Positions 1 through 9,031 of a stretch of 43,701 nucleotides of DNA are shown in pieces. The stretch covers positions 1 through 43,701 of the forward strand of contig CAMCDO010000001.1 in NCBI GenBank assembly GCA_945873585.1, read 5' to 3'. The notes below the pieces were generated by a model. That model made no database searches. It was not told the origin of the DNA and worked only from the letters and a program-made list of their open reading frames with translations. Position numbers and translations under genes: made by a program. The DNA comes from Verrucomicrobia subdivision 6 bacterium. Its GTDB lineage: Bacteria; Verrucomicrobiota; Verrucomicrobiia; Methylacidiphilales; Verrucolacustridaceae. Each line of letters opens with the position of its first letter. The stretch's first letter is position 1.

Positions 1-80
1 GAACATACCTTGAGTAAAGACAAAGGACGGGAAGAGGCGAGTCCTTGTCGGGGATTGCGGGGGAGGGCCTAGGCAGGGCA

Positions 81-92
81 TAGTTTTAGCCC
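81..92 (+). promoter_or_regulatory. putative -10 element of a leaderless transcript
   Basis: TAGTTT at 81-86, 6 nt before GTG 93; no Shine-Dalgarno; no well-spaced -35 seen. Confidence 0.4.
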
Positions 93-3000
93 GTGAATTT
101 ATTGAAAATAGCTAAGTTTCTGCTTTCGGCCTTGCTGGGAGTATTGGGAATTGTGGCGACGCTCCTTTTTGAGAAAAATGTATTTCAAGGGGTGACGGTG
201 CCATTGGTGGCGCGTGCTCTAGGATGGAAAGCTCGGGTGGTTTCGGCCCGGTTGACACCCTTAGGTAAGTTGGAGCTTGAAGGATTGGAAGCGGTCGATA
301 AGGAGAAGTCGAGGATTGAGTTGGATTCGGCCTTACTGGTGATTCGGCCTGAGAGTTTATTTTCGGGGATCCCAGAGATTGTGCAGATGGATCTTAAAAT
401 TGGTCTGATTGATTTAGAGATGAGCGAGGCGAAGAGCTCCTCGGGGCCGATTTCGGTGCCGCTGATTTTGCGCGAAGCCTCTGTGATGATAACGGAGGGG
501 CGGGTAAGGTTACAGACAGGCGCTTGGATTTTGGGCGGAGTTGAGGCTCATGCTCAGGGGTGGGACGGGCGTACGCCGCGGGAAATCCGAGCGAAATTAC
601 AGAGATGTGATTGGAACGGGCCTGGCAAGGAGGAGATGGCGGGGACAGTTACTTTGAAAGCAACGAAAAGCGTGGGGATGACGGGAGATAATTGGGAGGC
701 AAATTTGACGGTGGATGTGGCTACAGTGGTAGATTTCTCGCCTGCTGAGTTGGTTGTTCCGTGTCGACTTGTTTTAGAAGGGCAGGCGACGAGTCAGGGG
801 GGTGGGGGTTGGAGTGTTGATACTTTACATGGGTCTTGGGAAGGAGTGGGAGGGGTAAAGTTGGCTACTTCGGCAAAGGGTCAGTGGTCGCCAACGGGCG
901 ATTGGGCGGCGGACCTTAAGTTGGAGCCGATCGATTTAGGAATCGCAGGGATTCTCCTGCAATCGCGAGGGGTCAAATCGGTAGCGGGGACTATCGGGGG
1001 AACTCTGGGTTTACGTGGGGGAGAAAAAAAACCGATAACAGCTCAGGTCAATCTTCTTGGACAAAATGTGCAGATTTTACCTTCGGCGGGTCCAGCATGG
1101 CCTCAGCAGCCTGCTCTTTTCTCAACGGTGGCTGACGGTTCGTGGCGCAGCGAAAAAAATCTTTTGCAAATGCAGTCATTGCAGGTTGGCTTGGGTCAAA
1201 AAGGGCAACTGCAAGATCTTCAGGTCAATCTTGATCGGGCGGCGAATTTCTATCTGAAGGGCGGGGTGGCTTCCGCGAATGAGGTGGCCGTGTTGGAGTG
1301 GAGTTTACGCGGAATGGAGTTAGCGGCGGTCGCTCCTTTGGTGGTGTCTCCGAGCCAACTGAAGGTACAGGGTGGGCAACTCGCGGCGAGTGGGCGTGCC
1401 GATATTCAGGGCTCAACGATAGTGCTGAGTGGTCGTCTGGAGAGTCGAGCGATGAAAGCATCCGGTGCACTCTTGCAGGGGAATCTGCTGGTGAACTCAG
1501 CGACAATCGATTTCAAAGGAAATCTTCAGGGCTCGCAAAATGTGAAGCTGGAAGAGGCGGTTTTGACAGCAGATTGGGAGGGCGGAACCACCAAGGATGC
1601 CCGGCTTAAAGTGCAGGCGGAGTGGGAGTGGGCAAAGAGTGAGGGTTGGATTTTAGGGGAAGGGGAGGCGGGTTTGGCGGGACTAGGGAAGGCGTGGACG
1701 GGAGCTAAGTTGTGGCCTGAGTCTGGGCAGGCTAAAATGCATGTGGAGTTTTCTGGAAATACTTCAGAAAAAGGGAGCGGAGTAATTTCTTTGAACTTGG
1801 GAAACATGCATTGGCTGGGTGAGTCAGCCGATCCGTGGCAGGCGAAAGTTACTTCCGAGGTGAAGAATTTGGTTGGGGTATGGAGTCTACCTGAGGTGAC
1901 CTTTCAGGCTGATCGAGGAGGGCAACCGCTTCTCGACGGACAAGGGATGGTTACTTGGGATTTAAGGAATAGTGAAGGAGTGGCAAAAATTGATTTAGAG
2001 AAGGCCGATTCTTCATTGCTTGTGCCGCTGCTTTCTATTTTGACACCCGCTTGGCAGTGGAAGGTGGCTACGGGCCACGGAATGTTCCAGTACGAGAGAA
2101 AGGGGCAGCAGGACAGGGTGGAAGCGAATCTGCAGGGCATGATAACGGTGGAGACGGGGTCAGCTACACAATCACGTCTGGTCGACTTTTCATCGGTGGA
2201 GGGGGCGGTGAAAGCTTCTTGGCCCTCTTCATCATCAGGAAAGTGTTCGGTAGATACGTTTAGTCTGAACGCGAAGCATCGAGACGGGTCGGATGCGATT
2301 CGGGCTTCTTTAGATAAGCCTCTTCTGCTGGAAAAGATTGCGCAAGGCGATTGGAAACCTGGGGGGAAGGAGTTGGCGACTGGAACGATGCAGTATACGG
2401 GGTGGCCTATTGGACTTTTTGGTCCCTTGATCTTTCCCGCCGCTAAGGAGTCGTCCCTGCTGGGAACCATGACGGGATCTCTCAAGATTCAAAGTGATCC
2501 AGTGCGCGGTGTTCTGCGCGGGGATGTAGATTTAAAGTTGCTCGATCTGACGATTGCTCTGCCCAAGGTAAACCTCCCAGACAATCAGGTAAGTCTTCAA
2601 GCTTCGGTCTCTTTGGGTTCCGATCAGCAGATTCATTTTCATCGTCTTCAGTTGCTGAGTCGGCAGGGTGCGCTGACTTGGTTGGAACTCTCTGCGGAGC
2701 AGGACGCTCAAGAGGCGGTGGCGGTTGTCGGAAAGCTAGACTTAGCGACCGCCGCTCAAAATATTCCTAATTTTGGGGAGTGGGTTTCTGCGGGCGCCTT
2801 GGCATTCAAAGCGCAGGTTGGGCCTGCCAGCAAAGAGGGGCTTAGGAAAATTGGCTACAGCAGTGAGGCGACATCGCTTTCTGCTCAGATTCCGACGGTG
2901 GGGAGTTTGACGAATCTGGGGGTCAAAAGCCAAGGGATCGTCGAATGGAAAAGTGGGATCTCAGCGCTTTCCGATTTGCATCTGGAAGCGGTAGGGGCCA

Positions 3001-4385
3001 TGGGAAATATTTCTATGGGCAAGGTCTCTTGGTCGAAGACAGGACCCATATCTTGGGAAGAGGGACGAATCGCCGATGGTTGGCTGAGGATTCTCTTGGC
3101 TTCGTATCTACTTCCTGCTCAATGGATTGACGGAGATGTGGTGCTGGGCGCAGGTTTTTGGCAGGAAGGCAATTACGGGGGTAGTGGGGAGTTTGATATC
3201 ACTTTGCTAGAGGCCCGTTTGATGGAGGACTTAAAGTTACCGTCTGCCTCGGTTCGATTGGCGGGAGATTTCGAATATGACCGGCGGACGGAGAGTTTCT
3301 CTTTGAAGGATGCGAGCCTGCTCTTTCCTGAATATCGGAACGACCCGGTACAGATTCCTACTTTCTCGTGCAGACCGGGCTCGGTGGCAGTTCAAGCAGC
3401 TGGTGGGGTGCTCGATCTCAGAGGGGTTTTAGCCCAAACACAGAATTTACTTTTTTCCCCTTCGGATCCGAAAAAAGCGTCGGTAAAAAAAGAGGGCACA
3501 CGGATGGATATCTCCGTGGATTTAGCCCAGATTGTTGTGGATGAGGCGAGTGTGGGACCAGTTAAAGTCCCACGATTTCGTTGGGGTCCAGAGGGCATTC
3601 TACTTGAGCCTTCCACCGTTCAGGTGAAGGGAGGATCCATCAGTGCCGCGGTGGTATCCTCCGGTTCGGGTCAACCCGTGCAGGCGAGAGTGGCGATGAG
3701 TAAATTTCCGCTGGGGGCGATCCTGGGGAGTATGATTGCAGATGCGAAGGGCCCGATTGGAGGGTGGATTGACCTTTCGCTCTCAGGTCAATCGAGTGGT
3801 TCGAGGATAGAGGACTTGCGTCGATCTCTGAGAGGGCAAGGTAGCTTTCGGCTTTATCAGGCTCACTTAGAGCGATTGCCATCAATGGCGAAAGCCTTGC
3901 AAAGTGCGGGTGCGCTTCTGGGCTCGACTTTTATCGCAGGGAGTCAGATCAACGATATCGGTGCCAACTTCACTTTGGAGGGAGAAAAAATTAACCTACC
4001 CAGTTTGCAGGTAACGGGAACGGCGTTGAGTGCCAATTTAAATGGTTGGCTGAACTGGTTTGCGCAAACTCTGGATTGCAAGTTGCGTTTTGCCCTGACG
4101 AAAGAGGCGATGCAGAGTAGTGGTCAGCTGCAAGGATCGATGACCCAGTTGATCGGGAAGAGCAATGACTACTACACGAAGATTCCAGGGGACGCTCGGA
4201 TCAGTGGGACGATTAGTGATCCGAAAGTGGAGATGGATATTGGAAAAATGTTGATGGAAGGGGGGATTAATCTGCTTCTGAACTCGCCCAATGGAATTTT
4301 GCAGGGAGCGAACGGAGCGAGCGGGGGTGCGACTGCGCCGGTAACGGCTCCGATTCAGAGCGCGCTGAAAATCTTTGGGTTTTGA
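93..4385 (+). CDS. large AsmA-like protein (N-terminal membrane anchor, beta-rich repeats, AsmA-like C-terminal region)
   Basis: 1430 aa; N-terminal hydrophobic helix; C-terminus LRGQGSFRL...IGANFTLEGEKINLPSLQVTG...LNGWLNWFAQTLDCKL...ISGTISDPKV resembles AsmA_2. Confidence 0.75.
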   Translation: MNLLKIAKFLLSALLGVLGIVATLLFEKNVFQGVTVPLVARALGWKARVVSARLTPLGKLELEGLEAVDKEKSRIELDSALLVIRPESLFSGIPEIVQMDLKIGLIDLEMSEAKSSSGPISVPLILREASVMITEGRVRLQTGAWILGGVEAHAQGWDGRTPREIRAKLQRCDWNGPGKEEMAGTVTLKATKSVGMTGDNWEANLTVDVATVVDFSPAELVVPCRLVLEGQATSQGGGGWSVDTLHGSWEGVGGVKLATSAKGQWSPTGDWAADLKLEPIDLGIAGILLQSRGVKSVAGTIGGTLGLRGGEKKPITAQVNLLGQNVQILPSAGPAWPQQPALFSTVADGSWRSEKNLLQMQSLQVGLGQKGQLQDLQVNLDRAANFYLKGGVASANEVAVLEWSLRGMELAAVAPLVVSPSQLKVQGGQLAASGRADIQGSTIVLSGRLESRAMKASGALLQGNLLVNSATIDFKGNLQGSQNVKLEEAVLTADWEGGTTKDARLKVQAEWEWAKSEGWILGEGEAGLAGLGKAWTGAKLWPESGQAKMHVEFSGNTSEKGSGVISLNLGNMHWLGESADPWQAKVTSEVKNLVGVWSLPEVTFQADRGGQPLLDGQGMVTWDLRNSEGVAKIDLEKADSSLLVPLLSILTPAWQWKVATGHGMFQYERKGQQDRVEANLQGMITVETGSATQSRLVDFSSVEGAVKASWPSSSSGKCSVDTFSLNAKHRDGSDAIRASLDKPLLLEKIAQGDWKPGGKELATGTMQYTGWPIGLFGPLIFPAAKESSLLGTMTGSLKIQSDPVRGVLRGDVDLKLLDLTIALPKVNLPDNQVSLQASVSLGSDQQIHFHRLQLLSRQGALTWLELSAEQDAQEAVAVVGKLDLATAAQNIPNFGEWVSAGALAFKAQVGPASKEGLRKIGYSSEATSLSAQIPTVGSLTNLGVKSQGIVEWKSGISALSDLHLEAVGAMGNISMGKVSWSKTGPISWEEGRIADGWLRILLASYLLPAQWIDGDVVLGAGFWQEGNYGGSGEFDITLLEARLMEDLKLPSASVRLAGDFEYDRRTESFSLKDASLLFPEYRNDPVQIPTFSCRPGSVAVQAAGGVLDLRGVLAQTQNLLFSPSDPKKASVKKEGTRMDISVDLAQIVVDEASVGPVKVPRFRWGPEGILLEPSTVQVKGGSISAAVVSSGSGQPVQARVAMSKFPLGAILGSMIADAKGPIGGWIDLSLSGQSSGSRIEDLRRSLRGQGSFRLYQAHLERLPSMAKALQSAGALLGSTFIAGSQINDIGANFTLEGEKINLPSLQVTGTALSANLNGWLNWFAQTLDCKLRFALTKEAMQSSGQLQGSMTQLIGKSNDYYTKIPGDARISGTISDPKVEMDIGKMLMEGGINLLLNSPNGILQGANGASGGATAPVTAPIQSALKIFGF

Positions 4386-4410
4386 GTTCACCAGACTTTC
4401 TCTTTAGGAT
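4382..4410 (+). promoter_or_regulatory. sigma70-type promoter, probably leaderless, for yicC
   Basis: TTGAGT (4382-87), 17 bp, TAGGAT (4405-10), 6 nt, ATG 4417. Confidence 0.55.
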
Positions 4411-4413
4411 CCC

Positions 4414-5292
4414 ATGATGCGTAGTATGACCGGTTTTGGTTCGGTCCAGATCCCGACTCAGCATGCCCGGATTCGGATCGAAGTCTCTTCCGTGAATAAA
4501 CGGGGGTTGGAAGTGATTGTGTTTACTCCGGGGGAGTTGACGCGGTTAGAGCGACAAATCCGGGAGGAAGTGGCGGGAGCCGTGGCCCGCGGGAAGGTGA
4601 CAGTCGCCGTGATGATCGAGTCATCCCCCACGCAGAACGTTCGGAGTTTAGATTTGGAGAAGGCAGCGAGTTATGCAGCGCAGCTGCGAACTGCGGGAAA
4701 AAGACTTGGCGTAAGTAGTGGGCCTACTTGGTCTGATCTTCTTGGGTTACCAGGAGTGGTGGTAAGCACCCAGCTTTCGACTCCGCCTTCGGAGGATCGA
4801 AAAATCGTGGTGGGAGTGCGTGCGGCTATCGGAAAGATGGTGGATTCGAGGGAGAGGGAAGGGCGGCATATGGTGGCAATTCTTCGCGCGCATCTAAAGA
4901 AGATGGAGGGAGTTCGGGGTAAGATGGAGAAAGCGGCGGGATGTATGCGGCGCAAGCAAGGGGAGAGGCTTTGTGCTCGGTTACGTGAATTGGCGGGAGA
5001 AGCTGGGGTGGCTCTGGAGCCTGATCGGGTGGTGCGGGAGACGGCGACGGCGGCGGATCGTGGGGACGTTACGGAAGAGTTGAATCGGATTCGGGCCCAT
5101 TTGGTTGAAGCGAATAGCTTAGTCTCAACCCAAGCCCCTGGTGGGCGAACCTTGGAATTTCTGATTCAGGAGATTCAGCGGGAGGTAAACACGGTCGGTT
5201 CAAAATCAGGGGAGTTGGAGTTAACTCGCCTGGCGATAGATTTTAAGTCGGAACTTGAAAAACTCAGAGAACAGGCGGCTAATCTTGAATAA
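4414..5292 (+). CDS. yicC: YicC/YloC family endoribonuclease
   Basis: MRSMTGFG N-terminus; GRTLEFLIQEIQREVNTVGSKS and ELEKLREQAANLE C-terminus; start 4414 or 4417. Confidence 0.93.
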   Translation: MMRSMTGFGSVQIPTQHARIRIEVSSVNKRGLEVIVFTPGELTRLERQIREEVAGAVARGKVTVAVMIESSPTQNVRSLDLEKAASYAAQLRTAGKRLGVSSGPTWSDLLGLPGVVVSTQLSTPPSEDRKIVVGVRAAIGKMVDSREREGRHMVAILRAHLKKMEGVRGKMEKAAGCMRRKQGERLCARLRELAGEAGVALEPDRVVRETATAADRGDVTEELNRIRAHLVEANSLVSTQAPGGRTLEFLIQEIQREVNTVGSKSGELELTRLAIDFKSELEKLREQAANLE

Positions 5293-5902
5293 TTTCACTC
5301 GTTCAGGAATTCTTTTTGTGGTTTCTGCTCCTTCTGGGACGGGAAAGACCACCTTGTGTACAAATGTCAGGCAAACGCCGGATTTGATTTATTCGGTTAG
5401 TGTGACGACTCGACCGAAGCGTCCCGGGGAAAAGGATGGGGCCGACTATTTTTTTCAATCGAAAGCAGAATTTGAGAAGAAGCTGAAGGAGGGTGGGATG
5501 CTGGAGTATGCAGATGTTTACGGTCACTACTACGGCACTCCAAAAGAGCCGGTGTTGCAGCATTTGGCAGAGGGGCGGGATGTGCTGCTGGATATTGATG
5601 TGCAGGGTGCGCGGCAGATTCGAGAATCCAAGGATCCGCAGATTAAGGCCTCGTTGGCGGATATATTTATTATGCCTCCGGATTTGGAGGAGTTGCGGCG
5701 GAGGTTGGAGGGGCGGGGAACGGAGAATGCGAAACAAATTGCCACACGAATTGCGGCGGCGGATGCGGAGATGGCCGATTGGAAAAGTTATCGTTACACG
5801 ATTCTGAGTAGCTCCATGGAGGAGGACTTGATTAAATTCCGGGCGATTATTCGGGCGGAGCGTTACCTCAGTCGCAGATTAAATTTACAAAATGGCAGCT
5901 AA
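5285..5902 (+). CDS. gmk: guanylate kinase
   Basis: P-loop SAPSGTGKTT, SVTTRPKRPGEKDGADYFF, YYGT, LDIDVQGA; TTG 5285 chosen as start. Confidence 0.95.
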   Translation: MNNFTRSGILFVVSAPSGTGKTTLCTNVRQTPDLIYSVSVTTRPKRPGEKDGADYFFQSKAEFEKKLKEGGMLEYADVYGHYYGTPKEPVLQHLAEGRDVLLDIDVQGARQIRESKDPQIKASLADIFIMPPDLEELRRRLEGRGTENAKQIATRIAAADAEMADWKSYRYTILSSSMEEDLIKFRAIIRAERYLSRRLNLQNGS

Positions 5903-6449
5903 AAACATCCCTAAGATTATCCTGGGAGTGACAGGCTCGATCGCGGCATTTCGGGCGGCGGATCTGGCAAGCGCCATGGTGCAGGAGGGCTGGGAGGTTC
6001 ACGCGATCCTGACAGCAGACGGGGCCCGCTTTTTGACTCCTTTGACCTTGGCCGCTTTAACGCATCGTCCAGTGCACACTTCACTTTGGGAAGAGGGGGA
6101 AGGGGGTCGAATGAGCCATTTGGATCTGGCGGGTTCGGCGGATGTGGTGGTGGTAGCCCCAGCGAGTGCGGATTGCCTTGCGCGGGCGGCGCACGGGATG
6201 GCTGGGGATACTTTGGGGGCAGTTTTATTAGCGACGCGAGCCCCTTTGCTTTTTGCTCCTGCGATGAATACTCAGATGTGGCAACATGCTGCAACGGAGG
6301 CGAACGTGAAGCTGTTGCAAGGGCGTGGTGCTCTACTAGCGGGACCCTCGGAGGGGAAATTGGCCTGTGGGGAGATTGGTCCTGGGAGGATGGCGCCGGT
6401 TGCGGAGATAATCAGTTTGGTAAAAAAAGTCTTAGCGGAGAAAAAATAA
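5892..6449 (+). CDS. coaC: phosphopantothenoylcysteine decarboxylase (stand-alone CoaC flavoprotein domain)
   Basis: GVTGSIAAF, HLDL, APASA, APAMNTQMW, LACGEIGPGRM; only 185 aa, no CoaB domain. Confidence 0.9.
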   Translation: MAAKNIPKIILGVTGSIAAFRAADLASAMVQEGWEVHAILTADGARFLTPLTLAALTHRPVHTSLWEEGEGGRMSHLDLAGSADVVVVAPASADCLARAAHGMAGDTLGAVLLATRAPLLFAPAMNTQMWQHAATEANVKLLQGRGALLAGPSEGKLACGEIGPGRMAPVAEIISLVKKVLAEKK

Positions 6450-6466
6450 GAGGAGATTGATTCACC

Positions 6467-8395
6467 ATGAAAGATCCAAAGTTCAAACCTAAAGCTGATT
6501 TTGTCAAAAAAGCGACCTTTCCGAGTTTAGCTCGATACAAGGCGATGCATCGGGAATCGATTACCCAGCCGGATAAATTTTGGGGTCGTTTAGGAAAAGA
6601 GGAGTTGGACTGGTTTACCGAGCCAACGAAGGTTTTGCAGTGGAAGGAACCGTTTGCGAAGTGGTTTGGTGGGGGAAGGTTGAACTTAAGTTATAATTGT
6701 TTGGATCGTCATTGTCAGGGAGTTCGGCGCAATAAAGCGGCGATTATCTTTGAAGGGGAGCCTGGAGACGTCCGGGTGATTACTTATCAGCAGTTGCACG
6801 ATGAGGTTTGCCGTTTCGCCAATGCGCTAAAGGGCGAAGGGGTGAAGCCGGGCGATCGGGTGATGATTTATCTGCCGATGATTCCTGAGGCGGCAATTGC
6901 TATGCTGGCCTGTGCAAGAATTGGGGCGGTGCACAGTGTGGTCTTTGGTGGGTTCAGTGCAGAGTCATTGAAAGATAGAATTCGCGATTGTGGAGCGACC
7001 TTGGTGATTACGGCCGATGGTGGTTATCGGCGTGGGCAAGTAGTACAGCTCAAGCCGAATGTTGATCAGGCGGTGGCGGCCTGTCCTGAGGTACGGAGGG
7101 TGATTGTCTGCAAGAGAACGGGGACGGTTGAGAAATTAAATGAAATTGATCGCTGGTGGCATGAGTTGGTGGTGCATCAACCTACGGACTGCGCGCCGGA
7201 AAAGTTGGAGAGTGAACATCCTCTTTTTATTCTCTACACCAGCGGAAGCACGGGAAAGCCGAAAGGAATTTTACATACGACGGCGGGTTATCTACTGGGG
7301 GCTCATTTGAGCACCAAGTTGGTATTTGATCTGAAGGAGACGGACTTGTTTTGGTGTACGGCGGATGTCGGTTGGGTGACGGGGCACAGCTATACGGTGT
7401 ATGGGGCTTTGAGTAATGGGGCAACGACGCTGATGTATGAAGGGGCGCCCAATCAACCTGAGCCTGATCGGTTTTGGCAGATTATCGCCAAGCATCGGGT
7501 AACTATTTTCTACACCGCGCCAACGGCGATTCGGGCATTTATTCGATGGGGAGATCATTGGGTGCAAAAGCACAATCTTTCCTCGCTACGGCTTTTGGGC
7601 TCGGTCGGTGAGCCAATTAATCCTGAGGCATGGATGTGGTATCACCGAGTGATCGGGGGCGGACGGTGTCCGATTGTCGACACTTGGTGGCAGACGGAAA
7701 CGGGGACGCATATGATTACGACTTTGCCTGGGGCGAATTTCACAAAACCGGGATCGGCAGGAGTGCCATTCTTTGGGGTGGATGTAGCGGTGGTAGACGA
7801 TCAGGGTAAGGAGGTGAAGGCGGGGGTGCAGGGGAAGTTAGTCATTCGTAAGCCGTGGCCCTCGATGTTGCGTTCAATTCATGGAGATGCAGAAAGGTAT
7901 GCGAAGACGTACTGGAGTGAGGTGCCTGGGAGCTACTTTACGGGGGATGGTGCGAAAAAAGATAAGGATGGTTATTTTTGGATTTCTGGGCGGATGGATG
8001 ACGTGCTGAATGTTTCAGGGCATCGACTGGGGACGGCGGAAGTGGAGAGTGCTTTGGTGACACATCCTGCAGTGGCGGAGGCGGCGGTGGTAGGTCGTCC
8101 AGATGATCTGAAGGGGCAGGCGATCGTGGCTTTTGTCACGCTGAAGACGGGGCAAAAATCGGGCCCTGAATTAGTGAAGGCCTTGCGAGATACGGTAAGC
8201 CGAGAGATTGGTCCGATTGCCAAGCCTGACCAGATTCGCTTTACGGATTCGTTGCCCAAGACCCGCAGTGGAAAGATTATGCGGCGTTTGCTGAAAGAGG
8301 TAGCGGCTGGGGGGGCGGTGAAGGGGGATGTGACCACTTTGGAGGATTTGAACGTGTTGGCCTCCTTGCAATCTTCTGCCACGGAGGAGGGGTAA
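6467..8395 (+). CDS. acs: acetyl-CoA synthetase (AMP-forming)
   Basis: [31 protein letters not shown]; AGGAG Shine-Dalgarno upstream. Confidence 0.97.
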   Translation: MKDPKFKPKADFVKKATFPSLARYKAMHRESITQPDKFWGRLGKEELDWFTEPTKVLQWKEPFAKWFGGGRLNLSYNCLDRHCQGVRRNKAAIIFEGEPGDVRVITYQQLHDEVCRFANALKGEGVKPGDRVMIYLPMIPEAAIAMLACARIGAVHSVVFGGFSAESLKDRIRDCGATLVITADGGYRRGQVVQLKPNVDQAVAACPEVRRVIVCKRTGTVEKLNEIDRWWHELVVHQPTDCAPEKLESEHPLFILYTSGSTGKPKGILHTTAGYLLGAHLSTKLVFDLKETDLFWCTADVGWVTGHSYTVYGALSNGATTLMYEGAPNQPEPDRFWQIIAKHRVTIFYTAPTAIRAFIRWGDHWVQKHNLSSLRLLGSVGEPINPEAWMWYHRVIGGGRCPIVDTWWQTETGTHMITTLPGANFTKPGSAGVPFFGVDVAVVDDQGKEVKAGVQGKLVIRKPWPSMLRSIHGDAERYAKTYWSEVPGSYFTGDGAKKDKDGYFWISGRMDDVLNVSGHRLGTAEVESALVTHPAVAEAAVVGRPDDLKGQAIVAFVTLKTGQKSGPELVKALRDTVSREIGPIAKPDQIRFTDSLPKTRSGKIMRRLLKEVAAGGAVKGDVTTLEDLNVLASLQSSATEEG

Positions 8396-8398
8396 GCG

Positions 8399-8932
8399 AT
8401 GTCGTGGCGTCTGCCAATTGCGGAAACGGGTCTTTTGGTGGTCGATGTGCAAGAGAAGTTGGTTGCGGTAATTCAGGAACCTACTGACTGGCTGGCGAGG
8501 TTAGAAATTCTGGTGGCGGGAGCGCATCTCTTGGGGTTACCGATTGAGTTGACGGAGCAGGTGCCCGCGAAGTTGGGAAAAACTGTGTCGGCGATTTTGA
8601 AAGTTGCCGGAAGTGGGCGTAAGGCAATGGCCAAGACCCACTTTTCGGCGGCGGAGGCAGGAAGGAAGCTGGGGAGAAGGAGAATTTTGGTGGCAGGGTG
8701 TGAGGCGCACGTCTGTATTCGGCAAACGGTCTATGATTTGAGGTTGAAGGAGTTAACTCCCGTGGTGGTGGCCGATGCGGTGGGTTCCAGGCGTGGACGG
8801 GATCGGGAGATGGCACTCGCGGAGATGAGGGCGGACGGGGTGGTGATCAGCACAGTAGAAGCGGTTCTCTTTGAAATGATGGAAAGCGCGGATCATCCCC
8901 AGTTTCGGGAGATCCAGGCTTTGATCAAGTAG
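8399..8932 (+). CDS. isochorismatase family hydrolase
   Basis: LLVVDVQEKL, TEQVP..LG, KTHFS, GCEAHVCIRQT, DAVGSR. Confidence 0.88.
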   Translation: MSWRLPIAETGLLVVDVQEKLVAVIQEPTDWLARLEILVAGAHLLGLPIELTEQVPAKLGKTVSAILKVAGSGRKAMAKTHFSAAEAGRKLGRRRILVAGCEAHVCIRQTVYDLRLKELTPVVVADAVGSRRGRDREMALAEMRADGVVISTVEAVLFEMMESADHPQFREIQALIK

Positions 8933-9031
8933 TAGTCCTTGGCGGGCGTGAAACTGCTTGTGGATAGACAAAAGTAATGAGGTTTTGATTCTGCTAGCTC
9001 TTCAGGAAGGCGAAGCACACCCTTTACCCTT

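Noticed and set aside
19-49. Inverted repeat GACAAAGGAC...GTCCTTGTC at the window start
   Set aside because: Single bulged hairpin with its context cut off by the window edge; no function can be assigned.
1057-4464. Many short alternative-frame and antisense ORFs inside the AsmA-like gene (and similar ones inside other long genes)
   Set aside because: Shadow ORFs with no motifs; their P/S/R-rich composition follows from the strand skew.
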